Shown here piece after piece: positions 52,648 to 64,000 of a DNA stretch of 64,000 nt; the stretch's first letter is position 1; the number at the start of each line of letters is the position of its first letter. This DNA is from Callorhinchus milii (lineage: Eukaryota): the NCBI RefSeq assembly GCF_018977255.1, contig NW_024704743.1, positions 112,842,001 through 112,906,000 on the forward strand, given 5' to 3'. Both the position numbers and the translations under genes were made by a program. A model generated the notes under the pieces. It saw nothing but the letters and a program-made list of their open reading frames with translations. It did not search any database and was not told the origin of the DNA.

Positions 52648-54262
52648 CACTTCTCCTCCCACTCCCTCTTCGAATCTCTCCAGTCCGGTTTCCGCCCTGC
52701 CCACAGTACAGGGACTGCTTGTGAAAGTCACAAATGACATCCTCTCTATCTGTGACCAGGGCTCCCTCTGCCTCCTTGTGCTCCTGGATCTCTCCGCCGC
52801 TTTCGACACAGTCGATCACGCCATCCTCCTCCACCGCCTTTCCTCCATAATCCACCTCAGTGGGACTGCACTCGCCTGGTTCAAATCCTACCTCACGAAT
52901 CGCCAGCAGTACATCTCCACAAACGGCTTTTCCTCCCGCTCTCACCCGGTTACCTACGGGGTCACAAGGATCCATCTTTGGCCCTCTCTTTTTTCTGATC
53001 CACATGCTCCCTCTTGGGGATGTCATCCGCAGACATGGGGTACATTTCCACATGTATGCAGATGACACCCAGCTCTATTTTTCCACCTCACTTTGCGACC
53101 CCCAGTCGCCTGATGATCTGTCAGCCTGCCTGTCAGACCTCAGGAGCAGGATGAGCGTGAATTTCCTTCAGCCGAACGTTGACGAGATGGAAGCCATACT
53201 TTTTGGCTCTTGCCAACGTCTAAAATTACACGGTTCTCACCTCCTCCACCTACCTGACCTCCCACTAAAACTCTCCGAACCGATACGCAACCTAGGCAAC
53301 AGGTTCGACCCCCAATTATCCTTCCTCCCCCACATCCGGTCACTCACCAGCACCGCCCGTCACCTCCAATAACTCACTCCAAAAGCCGCTGAAACCCCAG
53401 TCCAGGCCTTTGTCACCTCTCGGTTGGACTATTCAAAATGCCCTCCTCGCCGGTCTCCCCTCCACTACCATTCATAAAATAATAATAATAATAATTGTTG
53501 CATTTGATATAGCGCTTTTCACATCGGGAGGACATCCCAAAGCGCTTCACAGAACACACTGTAAAGTGAATTGACTGTATATTTATGGGCGAACGCGGCA
53601 GCCAATTGCGCACAGCAATGCCCCACAAACAGTTGTGAATTGAAAATGACCAATTTATTATTGTTTTGGGTTTTGGAGGGATTGTTATTAGGCGTGTGGA
53701 GTAAGGAAACTTGCCCAAGGTTTCGCCCTGCCTGGAATTGAACTCAGGTCTCTCGCTTGCAAAGCGAGTGCTCTAACCACTTCAGGTCATACAAAACTTT
53801 GCTGCCCGCATTCTTACCAGCACCAAACTCCCCGATTACCCCAGTTCTTGCACTGCACTGGCTGCCTGTCCCAGAGAGGATAAACTTCAAGATCCTCACC
53901 CTTGTCTTCAAATCCCTCCACTCCTCTGCAACCCCTACCTCTCTGACCTCTCTCCTCACAACAGTGCCCGTTGCCTTCGCTCCACCAGGTCTGGCCTCCT
54001 CCTTGTCCCCCGAGTCCTCCGCTCCACTATCGGCGGCAGTGCCTTCAGCCACTATGCCCCGAGGCTCTGGAAATCCCTTCTTCGATCCCTTCGCCTCGCT
54101 ACCCTCTCTTCCCACTTTCAGGTCTCGGCTGAAGACCTTTCTTTTCAACTGCGCCTTTGGTCACCTTCCTCCCCCTGGCTCGGCCCCGGGATCTGTTACT
54201 GTGAAGCGCTCTGAGACGTCGTCTGGCGTGGAGGGTGCTATATAAATCCAAGTTGTTGTTGT
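52648..54262 (+). mobile_element. L2 LINE, 5'-truncated, with RT region and 3' tail, interrupted by a SINE
   Basis: [24 protein letters not shown] and LHWLPVPERINFK motifs; tail tataaatccaagttgttgttg. Confidence 0.93.
53478..53781 (-). mobile_element. SINE (short subtype) inserted in L2
   Basis: Reverse-complement SINE splitting L2 ...cataaa | cttcagg... Confidence 0.9.
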
Positions 54263-54969
54263 CTTTGTGCTGCATGTTTGTATCATCTGCTTGTAATTAG
54301 TTTTCAGTTGGATTCCTGAAACTCGAGTAATATATGGAATGGACAAACTCGTATCGCTCAAATCAGCCAGGATAATGACTTATATTGAGCAACTGGTGGG
54401 AATTTGTGCTGTGGACTCATTTTCACCATCGAAGAGTTCCAATTTGGAGGAACAACCCATTCAGATTATTCAGTGCCTTTTGTGACCACAAATTTCATCT
54501 GAGGAAACATAGTTGCCAAAATTTGGATGTTCATGACAGAATTGACTGATCAGATTTAATTTGTTTGATGAAATTTGTACTTGTGAAAAAAGCAAATTTG
54601 TAAAATAATATTTTCAAGTTGTGCAGGTTTGACAATCTCTATTGACTTGGTACCTGAGGAATGGCGACTAATTAATTTATAAAATGAGCTGTCCATCCCA
54701 CTCTCCTCTGCACCTCTCATCCCTTCCCCAACATTCAAATTGTGTACTTTCCATTTTTAAAGTTTTGCCCACAAAATTCACGGTCAGTCCACTTGACAGT
54801 ATATTTTGTGAAGCGCTTTGAGACGTCCCAACGATGTGATAAGGCACTATATCAAATGTGACGATTATTTTTATTATTTTGTGAGTGAAACACGACAGCC
54901 AATTGCATACACCAATGTCCTACAAAATTGAGGGATCAAATATTATTATTATTCTCATCTCTGTTACAG

Positions 54970-55107
54970 ACTGGTCCTGAGTATGGCCAGGGGATGAACC
55001 CCATCAGTCGACTTGCCCAGATCCAACAGGCTAAGAAGGAGAAAGAACCCGAGTATCTACTGTTGTCTGAAAGGGGCTTGCCTCGACGCAGGGAGTTTTT
55101 AATGCAG
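54970..55107 (+). CDS. STAU2: STAU2 exon: N-terminal part of dsRBD4 ([46 protein letters not shown])
   Basis: Acceptor ctgttacag|ACT, donor CAG|gtatat; 138 nt, phase 0/0. Confidence 0.97.
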
Positions 55108-55349
55108 GTATATTCAGAGACAATTTCCAAATTAAAAGATAAGTGAGCATGATTTATGTTTAAAATGACTAAATGTAATTTTCACAATTATGTCAATTTT
55201 ACTGATTTCTGAACATTCTTATGGATTTTCTTATAATGGTATTCACTTCATTTGAAACTATTTTCATGTTGAGAAATGGTTTGAGACTTTTACATGAAAG
55301 ACACTATACAAATGTAAGTTGTAGTGTAGCTCTATCTGTGCCTTTGAAA

Positions 55350-55782
55350 GCCATAGATGTTCTGAAGGTACATGCCACTCGCCAATCCCTACCAGGCTCC
55401 ACTGTTTCCCCGACTCCGAAAGGATCAACTTCAGGATCCTCACCCTCCCATATCCTTCACACCCTTGCCCTTCCTACCTCTCTAATTTACTCGTACCCCA
55501 CCATTCTGCCCACGCACTTCGCTCAACTAACACAGACCTGCCTCCTCCGTGCCACCTCTGGCCATGCCTTTAGTCACTACTCTGAACTGGAACTTCCTGG
55601 CTCAATCGTTCTGTCTTGCCCCGTCTTTTTGTATCTTTAAATCACAGCTGAAGGCTCCCTCGTCAACCATATCTATGGTCCCCTTTCCCTTCTCATTGCT
55701 TGGTGTACACCCCTGCCATTCTGCAGTGGTCCGATACGCTATCCTGTGTGAAGAGCAACATAGAAATACAAGTTGTTGTTGT
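55350..55782 (+). mobile_element. Old L2 3' fragment
   Basis: ctccactgtttcccc...gatcaacttcaggatcctcaccc and tail aaatacaagttgttgttg. Confidence 0.6.
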
Positions 55783-57282
55783 TTTTGCCACTCAAAAATT
55801 TGGTGGTGATTCAGTGAACATTACCTAGCAAGTGGTGTTGATCTACACTCGAGATTTGAGTGATAGGCTGCTCCATTTCCATGGAGGTATGGAGCAACTG
55901 TTGCAGAGATCGCAGTAATTTTATAATTTTGATCAGTGGATTCTCAAATCTTGTCCAGAAATTTGCAAACAATTAGCCAACTATCTGTATCATTGTCCCT
56001 TAATGGGCCCTCGAGAGGGATCTTTCAACGTTTGCCTATTAATATCAGTTCAAATTTCAATTGAGAACTTTCAATGGTATTTGGAACCGTATACTGAAAA
56101 GCTGTATAAAAGCCATGTCTTGTGTTTTGCTCGGGGAGTTCCAGAAGTTACAGGCACATTAACAAAAGGCTCAGCCACTGGTGGTGCGGAGGGAGCAGGA
56201 TATGCTCAGCAGGCCCACGGGAGGGGGCAAGCAGAGGAGTGGGGTAGGAGAAGCTCAGAGAGATAATGAGGTGCGTGAGTGTGAACTGATTTATAGGTGA
56301 GGACTTTGAACTCAATACTTTGGGAGACAGAGAGAGTGGAATCTGGTGTGGACTAAAATGATGGGTGGGAGGATGAGGTTGTGGGCGGCAGAGCTTTGGA
56401 TTAGCAGAATCTTATAGGTTGCGGAACTGGGGAGACCAGCGAGGAGTGAATTTGAAAAGTCTATATAAATGCAATTTATTGTTGGGAGTTAACAAAATTG
56501 TGAATAAGGGTTTCAGTGGCATTTTGTGTCATGGAGGCAGCGATAATGTGGCAGAGGTGAAGAAAAGCAGATTTGGTCAGAGACCGAACGTAATCATAGT
56601 GGGAATTAAGATATAAATTATCCTAAAATTCTGTTTTCCCACTTTGACAAAAGGGCTTTCCAACTGTCCTGAAAATATAACAGACTTATTGGAGCATTTA
56701 TTTCCTTGAATGGGAAGTTCCAGGTGTTATCTGGTTCGCAAGAGTCATGTCAAGTATTTTAGCTGCTCATTTTAAATATAATTAAATGTAAAGGAAAAAT
56801 ATCTTGACATGAAATGTTCAGTGTGTCAAGAAAAGAGTAACGTTCAATTTAGTGAGATGGATCCAGTTACTAAAAGTCTTTGTCTATTAGATTATAGCAA
56901 AGTTCTGGTAGTGTTAAATGTCATCAGCTGTTTCCATTCCTGAGTCACGTAACTCACAAGCAGTAGTGATCCTTTAATCCTTCTGCCAGAGATGGCAGAC
57001 AACAAGACTAGTCTTGCAGGTTTAGGGGACGGGATGTGCGGAATTTGATATTTTATGTTTCCGTTAATTAAATTGGATTAATGTTCTGCTTTGCATCAAC
57101 AGAATTGTTTTTCACATATATGGGATCTATAATGTACCAACTTCTAACACGGATTCTTCATAAATGATTTCCTGTTGCAAACAGGAACTCCTATAACAAC
57201 AACAACTTGCATTTATATAGTGCCCTTCATGTGGAACACTAACCTTCAATAACTTTTTGCAAATGGATTCTCTTGGAGCAAA

Positions 57283-57912
57283 GTTGGGTTTGACTCCTAG
57301 GCAGGGCGAAATGTTGGGCAAGTTTCCTTACTCCACACGCCTCTATTTACCTAGCAGTAAATAGGAACCCAGTTGTTAGTCGATTGGCGAATCGCTTTTC
57401 TGGAGGTAATAATTCCTTCACAAAGAAATAATAATATGGTCATGCAATCCATGACTGTTTGTTGGACACTACTGTGAGCAATTGGCTGCCACTCTTCGCC
57501 CACAAAATACACAGTCAATTCACTTTACAGTATATTCTGTGATGAGCTTTGAGACGTCTTGAAGATGTGATAAGGCACTATATCATGTAGAGTTCTGTAG
57601 CTCAGTGCATTAGAGCACTCGCCTTGCAAGCGAGAGACCTGGGTTCGATTCCCAGCAGGGCAAAACCTTGGGCAAGTTTCCTTTCTCCACACACCTGATA
57701 ATAATCCCTCAAGAAAAAAAACAAAAAATAATAAATTGGTTACTTCAATCCACAACTGTTTGTGGGACACTGCTGTGCGCAATTGGCTGCTGCGTTTCGC
57801 CCACAATTATACAGTCAATTCTGTGAAGAGCTTTGAGACGTCTAGAAGACGTGAAAAGCGCTATATTAAATGCAAGGATTTTATTATTATCAAATGCAAG
57901 GATATTATTATT
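57283..57912 (+). mobile_element. Two tandem SINEs (long subtype about 57283-57585; short subtype 57586-57912 with duplicated tail unit)
   Basis: Second head agagttctgtagctcagtg at about 57589; aaatgcaaggat occurs twice at the end. Confidence 0.9.
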
Positions 57913-58172
57913 CATACTGTCACTTCAGTGGCCTTTTTTCAAATTTCCTGATCAAAAGCCACAACTTAAACTATGCAAACAGGAATATAGAATAGTGTTT
58001 TCATAAATTGGTGAAGTGAAAAAAATATTCCACAATATTGATAGTCTCTATGTGTAATGCTGGCTCAGCAACTCCAATTACCGGTCATGAACACTTAAGT
58101 CGTGAAGAGGTTCATTCCAACTAAATTGCCTGTAAAAGCCCTTCTTGGGACCAATCAGCACAATGGGCAATT

Positions 58173-58380
58173 AAATAATAATAATAATCCTTGCATTTAA
58201 ATAGCGCCTTATCATGTCTTTGAGACGTCTCAAAGCCCTTTACAGAATATACTGTAAAGTGAATTAACTATACTTTGTGGGTAAAACACGGCAACCAATT
58301 GCACACAACAGTATCCCACAAACTGTCATGAATTGAGTGACTATATTACTATTATTTATATATTTTTTGAAAGGATTATA
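58173..58380 (-). mobile_element. SINE 3' half
   Basis: Reverse complement of SINE body and tail. Confidence 0.85.
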
Positions 58381-58730
58381 TATTTTGAAAATGGTATTCA
58401 GAATAAAATGGATGTTTGTCTGTTTTAAAAGATTATTCTATGTGCTGTGGAAAGAAGGTGTGGGACAATGGAGAAAAATAAATCACAAATCCACATCAGT
58501 AGGTTTTTCCCCTTTTGTAAGATATTAGAAGGTCTAAATGTTTGATTAAACTATTTTGTTTACTGTAAATTGTACTTTTTTTTGCTAGCTGTACAGTGAA
58601 ACTATTACTTAAATTGGGAAAACTTCAGAGAGTGACTCTGGAACCTGTCACGCAGAGAATGGAGACTGACTTGGCATCAAGTTCTGAAAGATATATATTT
58701 AAATGTTACAATGGGTCCGTTGCAGATTTT

Positions 58731-59044
58731 AATAATCCTTGCATTTGATATAGCGCTTTTCACGTCGGGAGGACGTCCCAAAGTGCTTCACAGAACACAC
58801 TGTAAAGTGAATTGACTGTATATTTGTGGGCGAACGCGGCAGCCAATTGCGCACAGCAATGTCCCACAAACAGTCGTAGATTGAAAATGACCAATTTATT
58901 ATTGTTTTTGGTTTTTTGGAGGGATTATTATTAGGCTCTGTGTGGAGTAAGGAAACTTGCCCAAGGTTTGGCCCTGCCTGGAATAGAACTCAGGTCTCTC
59001 GCTTGCAAAGCGAGTGCGCTAACCACTGAGCTACAGGACTCCAC
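58731..59044 (-). mobile_element. tRNA(Ala)-derived SINE, short subtype, young
   Basis: Complete copy, very similar to the reverse complement of 18258-18591. Confidence 0.92.
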
Positions 59045-59287
59045 AGGACTTCATTTTATGTCTAAAACATGAAACACCCTCCGACCTTCCTTTCAATCCG
59101 GTCGTAGCCCCAGAGCATTTTCAGCCACTCACCTCCTATTAAATATTTACATTGACTTCTTAGACTATTGGATGTTACAATGTTTCTCCATTCCTCTGGA
59201 GACATTCATATTCCTTCCTTTGAAGACTTCAGTACGGATGAATTTTCTAAACTTCTATTTGTCTTCTTCAGTGTATTTGACTGCTTT

Positions 59288-59780
59288 AACTTGGCTCAGT
59301 TGGTAGCACTTGCCTCTAGGTCAGAAGGTTGTGTCCAAGCCCCACTTTGGGACTTTGAACTCACAATTCAGGATGACACTCCAATGCAATGCTAGCCGAA
59401 CCCTGTATTGTCAAGGAGCCATGCTTTGGATGAAATGGCACACCAAAGTCCCATTTCCCTGTTCAGGTGGATTCAGGTTAAAAATTCCATGACACTATTC
59501 AAAAAGAGAGGAGTTTCTCCTGGTGTCCTGGCTAGTTAAGCGTTCCAAGACGCCATCCGGCATGAAGGGCCTATATAAATGCAAGTTGTTGTTATTGAGA
59601 ATCTCCCAGATAAACGTCGCCATTCACTTCATGACTCTGGGACCAACTGTGCACAAATTGGCTGCTGCTTTTCTCTACAAATCATTCAATTCACTTGATA
59701 ACAATTCCCTGTGAAGCACTTTAAGACTTTTGACATTAAAAGCAATATATCAAATGGCAGGGATTATTTATTGTTATTGT
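59288..59780 (+). mobile_element. Deu-domain SINE with a short L2-tail insertion (about 59538-59596)
   Basis: Head tggctcagttggtagcacttgcctctaggtcagaagg; Deu-like caggtggattcaggttaaaaattccatgacactattcaaaaagagaggagtttctcctggtgtcctgg. Confidence 0.7.
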
Positions 59781-60654
59781 ATGTGCCTATTTCCAACTAT
59801 GTCTAACATGTTGGCTAGGATGTAGCATGAATTTTATGTGGAATTAATTTGACCACTGTAGTTAATTAGTTGAATTTACAGTGTAATTATGGATCAAGGG
59901 TTGAGATATGGCTAGCAATTATGTTTCTATTGAATGATAATCCAGGGATTGTTTTTCCAGTCTGACATCTGTAGATGAGGTTGAATGGGGACAAATCTTT
60001 AATAATTCTAGGTATCAGGGCACAAAACTGATTTATGTGATGAAGATTTTGTATTAAGTGAACACATGTCGAAGATTTTGTTACTCTATGATGATCTTAA
60101 ATGAGTCATGTCCTGACACCAGGGTCCATGCTGTGACCTGCAGGACCATTAATCCACAGGTCTTAGAATCTAATACCAACAGAATGAATTGGAAGCTGCT
60201 TGCAGGACCATCAAGATCAATGATCCCTTTTCTTATCTCTTGGTAAAAGCAACGACAATAAAAAAAATCGCTGATAAAATGGCTCCAGAAAAATTTCCAT
60301 ACTGCCAAAGGCAACAAGTTGCATGTCTGAAACTCACTTTTTGAACTTACACAATCTGTTCATTTTGGATCTGTGAATGTGTAATATTGTGATAATGATA
60401 ATAATAATAATCCTTGCATTTGATATAGCGCTTTTCACGTCTTCTCGACGTCTCAAAGCGCTTCGCAGAATAGACTGTAAATATATATAGTCTCTCTATA
60501 TATATAAATGTATATAGCCCTTTTCATGTGAGAGAACATGTCAACGTGCTTCATAGAATGTACTGTGAAGTGTAATGCTTGTATTTTGTAGGTGAAATTC
60601 TGAGTTGATTGTAGATGCATTGATTTATTATGTTTTGGTGGTTCACTCTTTTAG

Positions 60655-60786
60655 GTCAAAGTGGGCATGGATATGGCTACTGGAACGGGCCCTAACAAGA
60701 AAGTTGCAAAGCGTAACGCTGCTGAGGCCATGCTGCTGCAGCTCGGTTACAAGGCATCAACGCCTTTGCAAAGTCCACAGGAAAAG
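60655..60786 (+). CDS. STAU2: STAU2 exon: C-terminal part of dsRBD4 (VKVGMDMATGTGPNKKVAKRNAAEAMLLQLGYKASTPLQSPQEK)
   Basis: Acceptor cactcttttag|GTC, donor AAG|gtaaat; 132 nt, phase 0/0. Confidence 0.97.
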
Positions 60787-60968
60787 GTAAATGTGCAATT
60801 TTTATTTAATATTGTTTCATGTGAAGACAAAATCAATCATCAAAGAATTCTGAAATGTACATTATTTGTTATACAATTGTTATTCATTTGGGGATGGGGG
60901 AGGGGGTTATATGCCAAATAGTATCATTTGATTTGATGAATGTCATCACTTGTGTTTGAACATTTCAG

Positions 60969-61026
60969 CTGGGTGAAAAGGGCTGGGATGGACGGAAAGT
61001 GACTTTTGCAGATCAGCCAAGTGGAC
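60969..61026 (+). CDS. STAU2: STAU2 short exon (LGEKGWDGRKVTFADQPSG plus 1 nt) containing an RVxF motif
   Basis: Found by hand. Acceptor catttcag|CTG, donor GAC|gtaagt; 58 nt, phase 0/1. This is the phase change needed to join the 60786 exon in frame to the 63560 exon. Confidence 0.9.
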
Positions 61027-62194
61027 GTAAGTAGATTTCATACGTACAGAATTTTGAAACAGATAAACATTGAATTGCTTTCTTGTTCTATTCCATCTGA
61101 ATGATAACTGGCTTAATTTTTTCATCTCTTATGTTGAATGCAGCTCTATATTCTGCATATTTTAGGTAGTTTAAACCAAGGACCTATTTGGATCTACTTA
61201 GGAGTTTATTCTTTCAAGGTCAATAATAACAAGATAGAATGCTTGAATATAACCTAATAGGATTGTGTCAGAGCAGAGTTCCATTTGGCGATTGAAGGAC
61301 AATAAGCCTTTATAGCGCCTTGGGACGTCCTCCTGACGTGAAAGGCGCTCTATAAATGGAATCTTGTTGTTGTTTATGTGCGGTTGGGTTAATGTTGAAG
61401 CAAATCTGTATTTGCAGCAGATCAAGGAACACCACTTGATCAACATAGTGGTGCCAAGTTCTTGATGGGGTAAGCAATGTCCTAGAGTTCATTCGCCCAG
61501 AATGATGGCATATTCTACTTGATTTGTGACGGTTAATCTACATTCAAAGAATAAGGAAGGCCGTACCTGGCATCAGTTATTTAAAACCTAGCTATTTAAA
61601 ATCTTCTCTTTTATAGTTGGATTGAACAACATCAAAATTGTGAGGTTATGAGTTTTATGTCTCTGTAAAAGTTCTTTCTTACTACACACGCCCAGTATCA
61701 CCTGAAGTAATACTGCTTTTTCAAGTGTCACGGTTTCACTGGTACAAATGTCAGTGGAGATATTATGGATTAACTTGAATGTGAAGAATGTGCAATTTGT
61801 AGAAGTATCCAAACCTAGACACGCATAAAAGGTTATTTGCCAGAAGTTGCTATAAACATTTACGCATTACATCAAGTTTTATTTCACAGATCAAAATTTT
61901 CCAAAGCCATAATGAAGAAACATTGTGTTGAATTGGATTTAGTTTAATAAGTGAAAAAGAACTTGAAGGGCATGAAAAGAAATGGAAGAGTTTTAGACTT
62001 GGCATGTCCACGACAACTATTTTCCAGTTATCTTTATTGCTTGATAAGCAAAAGTAGCCTTAGAAGGTGCACGTTCATTGCCTGATTGGACCATTTCTGA
62101 AGATCCCCTCCAGGCATACTAGTTAGCGACATGATAGTGACAGTATTGTCTAGCACAAATGTAAAAGAGGCATTTGTCACAGGTGAAAAGCAGA

Positions 62195-62645
62195 TAATAA
62201 TAATAATAATATAATAATCCTTGCATTTGATATAGCGCTTTTCACGTCGGGAGGACGTCCCAAAGCGCTTGATTGAACTGCCTTAGTAATATTAGCTGGT
62301 ATACAAGATGGAACAATTAATAATCCCTCCATTTGGTATAGCGCCTTTCACGTCAAGAGGATGTGTCAAAGCAATCCACAGGATATACTGTAAAGTGGAG
62401 TAACTGTGTTTTTGTGGGCAAACAAGACAGCCAATTGGCCAATAGCAATGTTCCACAAACAGCCATGATCAATTTTATTTAGAGATTGTTGGCCAGGACA
62501 CCTGGTGAAACTCCCTTCTCTTTTCAACTGGTAATATGGGATCTTTAACATCCATCTGAACAGGAAGTGAAGACCTTGATTTACAACAACAACTTGGATT
62601 TATCTAGCGCCCTCCACGCTGGACAGCATCTCAGAGCGCTTAAAC
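62195..62645 (-). mobile_element. Cluster of SINE/L2 tails and a Deu-domain SINE fragment (about 62320-62580)
   Basis: ggccaggacacctggtgaaactcccttctc...atgggatctttaacatccatctgaacag is the Deu-domain complement. Confidence 0.7.
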
Positions 62646-63559
62646 ATCACATCTCATACTCACATCAATATAGATGAAGCAATCTTTAAGCACAGTGGAG
62701 TTTAAAAAGCATTTTGGGGAAAACGGCAGGATAAATTATACTGTGGAAAAAAGTACATCTCCAGGATTCCCACATTGACTCTCAAGAACAATAACAACAA
62801 GATTCCATTTATAGAGCGCCTTTCACATCGGGAGGACGTCCCAAGGCGCTGAAGAACTCACTTCCATGCCATTCTTGTGTCGGAGCTGAGTTCTCCCCAG
62901 TGTGTAACCTACATTAAATTCAACGTTGTGGAATGCTACAATACTTAAAACTAGTTTTAACTTAAAAATAAAATGATAAAATTGTTTGTGATATTGACAA
63001 ATGTAAATGTCGGATGCTACCAATGAAATTTGATTTGTTTATGGTCAATAGGATATCTGACACAGGCGGAAACTCATTACTGTGCTTAAGTATCCAAAGT
63101 AGTCAGAGTTCCACCTATGTATAACACGTATGCATGACAAATTAAAGAATACCACATCCATAAGCATTTCAGATATAATCACTAAGCTATAGGACTCGTG
63201 GAAGAAATGCTGGGCAAGTTTCCTTACTCCGCAAGCCGGTTGTTAATCAATTAGCAGATTGCTTTTCCCGTAGTAATAATCCCTTTTTTAAAAAAATAAT
63301 AAATTACTGTAACTGTTTAAATTACCAATTATATGAAAAAAATCATATTTGATTCTAAGATGATTTTAAAGTGATATATTTGCATAGTAACACTTGTCAG
63401 AATGGTTTGCTATATATTTCTTTGCATTTTTACTGCTGTGTTTATAACACTCCAAAGACAGTTACACAAAATGCAAAAAGTGTACAGTGAAATGCCCTGA
63501 GAGTCTGCAAAGAAAATAATTGTCACAATGTGAGTTCTGTGTTTTTTTTCCCTTTATAG

Positions 63560-63858
63560 CCCAGAAGGGAATTCTCCATCTCTCCCCTGATGTTTATCAG
63601 GAGATGGAAGCAAGTCGCAACAAGGCAGCTCCTGGTGTTGCTATAAACTATCTGACATCTACAGAAATGGACCAGGGATCGAGTTCATTTTTCAGCACCA
63701 CGAGCCACACTGCAACCATTGCGAGGGAGCTTCTCATGAATGGAACATCCCCGACTGCTGAAGCTATAAGCTTGAAAGGAAAAGCACCTACTTCCCCCTG
63801 TTCAACAGTACAGCCCTCTCAACAGCTCGAGTACTTAGCCAGAATTCAAGGCTTTCAG
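63560..63858 (+). CDS. STAU2: STAU2 exon: tubulin-binding region, Staufen-swapping motif (TATIARELLMNGTSPTAEAI, about 63709-63768) and start of dsRBD5 (QPSQQLEYLARIQGFQ)
   Basis: Acceptor ttttttttccctttatag|CC, donor CAG|gtggga; 299 nt (2 nt plus 99 codons). Confidence 0.96.
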
Positions 63859-64000
63859 GTGGGAAAGTGAAATTGTTGAACAACTATTCATTTTATCAAA
63901 CATGAAGCTAAACTCATTATTCTAATCAGTCACATTATTTGGCTTATCTAAATTGGAGTCAGTGAAATGATTTGAGGTTCACTGAGTTCAAGCCCTTCTA

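Larger units (their letters stand above)
32386..63858 (+). other. STAU2: Staufen double-stranded RNA-binding protein 2 gene, internal part (7 coding exons; 5' and 3' exons lie outside the window)
   Basis: Exons of 160, 108, 213, 138, 132, 58 and 299 nt join in frame through GT-AG introns. The translation matches Staufen, with STAU2-type motifs ([45 protein letters not shown]). Confidence 0.97.

Noticed and set aside
60478..60520. TATATATAG/CTATATATA mini-palindrome near the 60655 exon
   Set aside because: Low-complexity TA sequence between two SINE tail fragments.
1..64000. CRISPR arrays, operons, rRNA or prokaryotic defence systems
   Set aside because: The sequence is a spliced vertebrate gene. 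The recurring 60-nt units are dispersed retroposon tails, not regularly spaced repeats.

Overview
This is vertebrate genomic DNA, not microbial. The repeats (tRNA-derived SINEs with L2 tails, Deu-domain SINEs, abundant L2 and CR1 LINEs) suggest a cartilaginous fish, possibly a holocephalan; this is inference. The window is the middle of one + strand gene, the dsRNA-binding protein Staufen-2 (STAU2). Seven internal coding exons splice in frame through GT-AG introns: 32386-32545, 44275-44382, 50972-51184, 54970-55107, 60655-60786, 60969-61026 and 63560-63858. They encode the second half of dsRBD2, dsRBD3, the basic linker, dsRBD4, the tubulin-binding region, the Staufen-swapping motif and the start of dsRBD5. 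Two exons (44275 and 60969) are not in the ORF track. Bases 1-32385 appear to be one long intron, and most other ORFs are LINE/SINE debris. Main observations: (1) this Stau2 carries two PP1-docking motifs, SILK and DGRKVTFAD (RVxF); I recall RVxF from STAU1 but not from mammalian STAU2. (2) A microhomology-bounded complex rearrangement at 35563-38258 inverts part of a young CR1 and copies 81 bp perfectly in inverted orientation. (3) The introns hold many inverted SINE/L2 pairs that could make dsRNA or circRNA from the gene of a dsRNA-binding protein. (4) There are candidate poison or micro-exons and an unclassified structured repeat of about 600 nt. Comparisons to human and Repbase sequences are from memory and repeat boundaries are approximate. 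I found no evidence for a wholly new multi-gene system.
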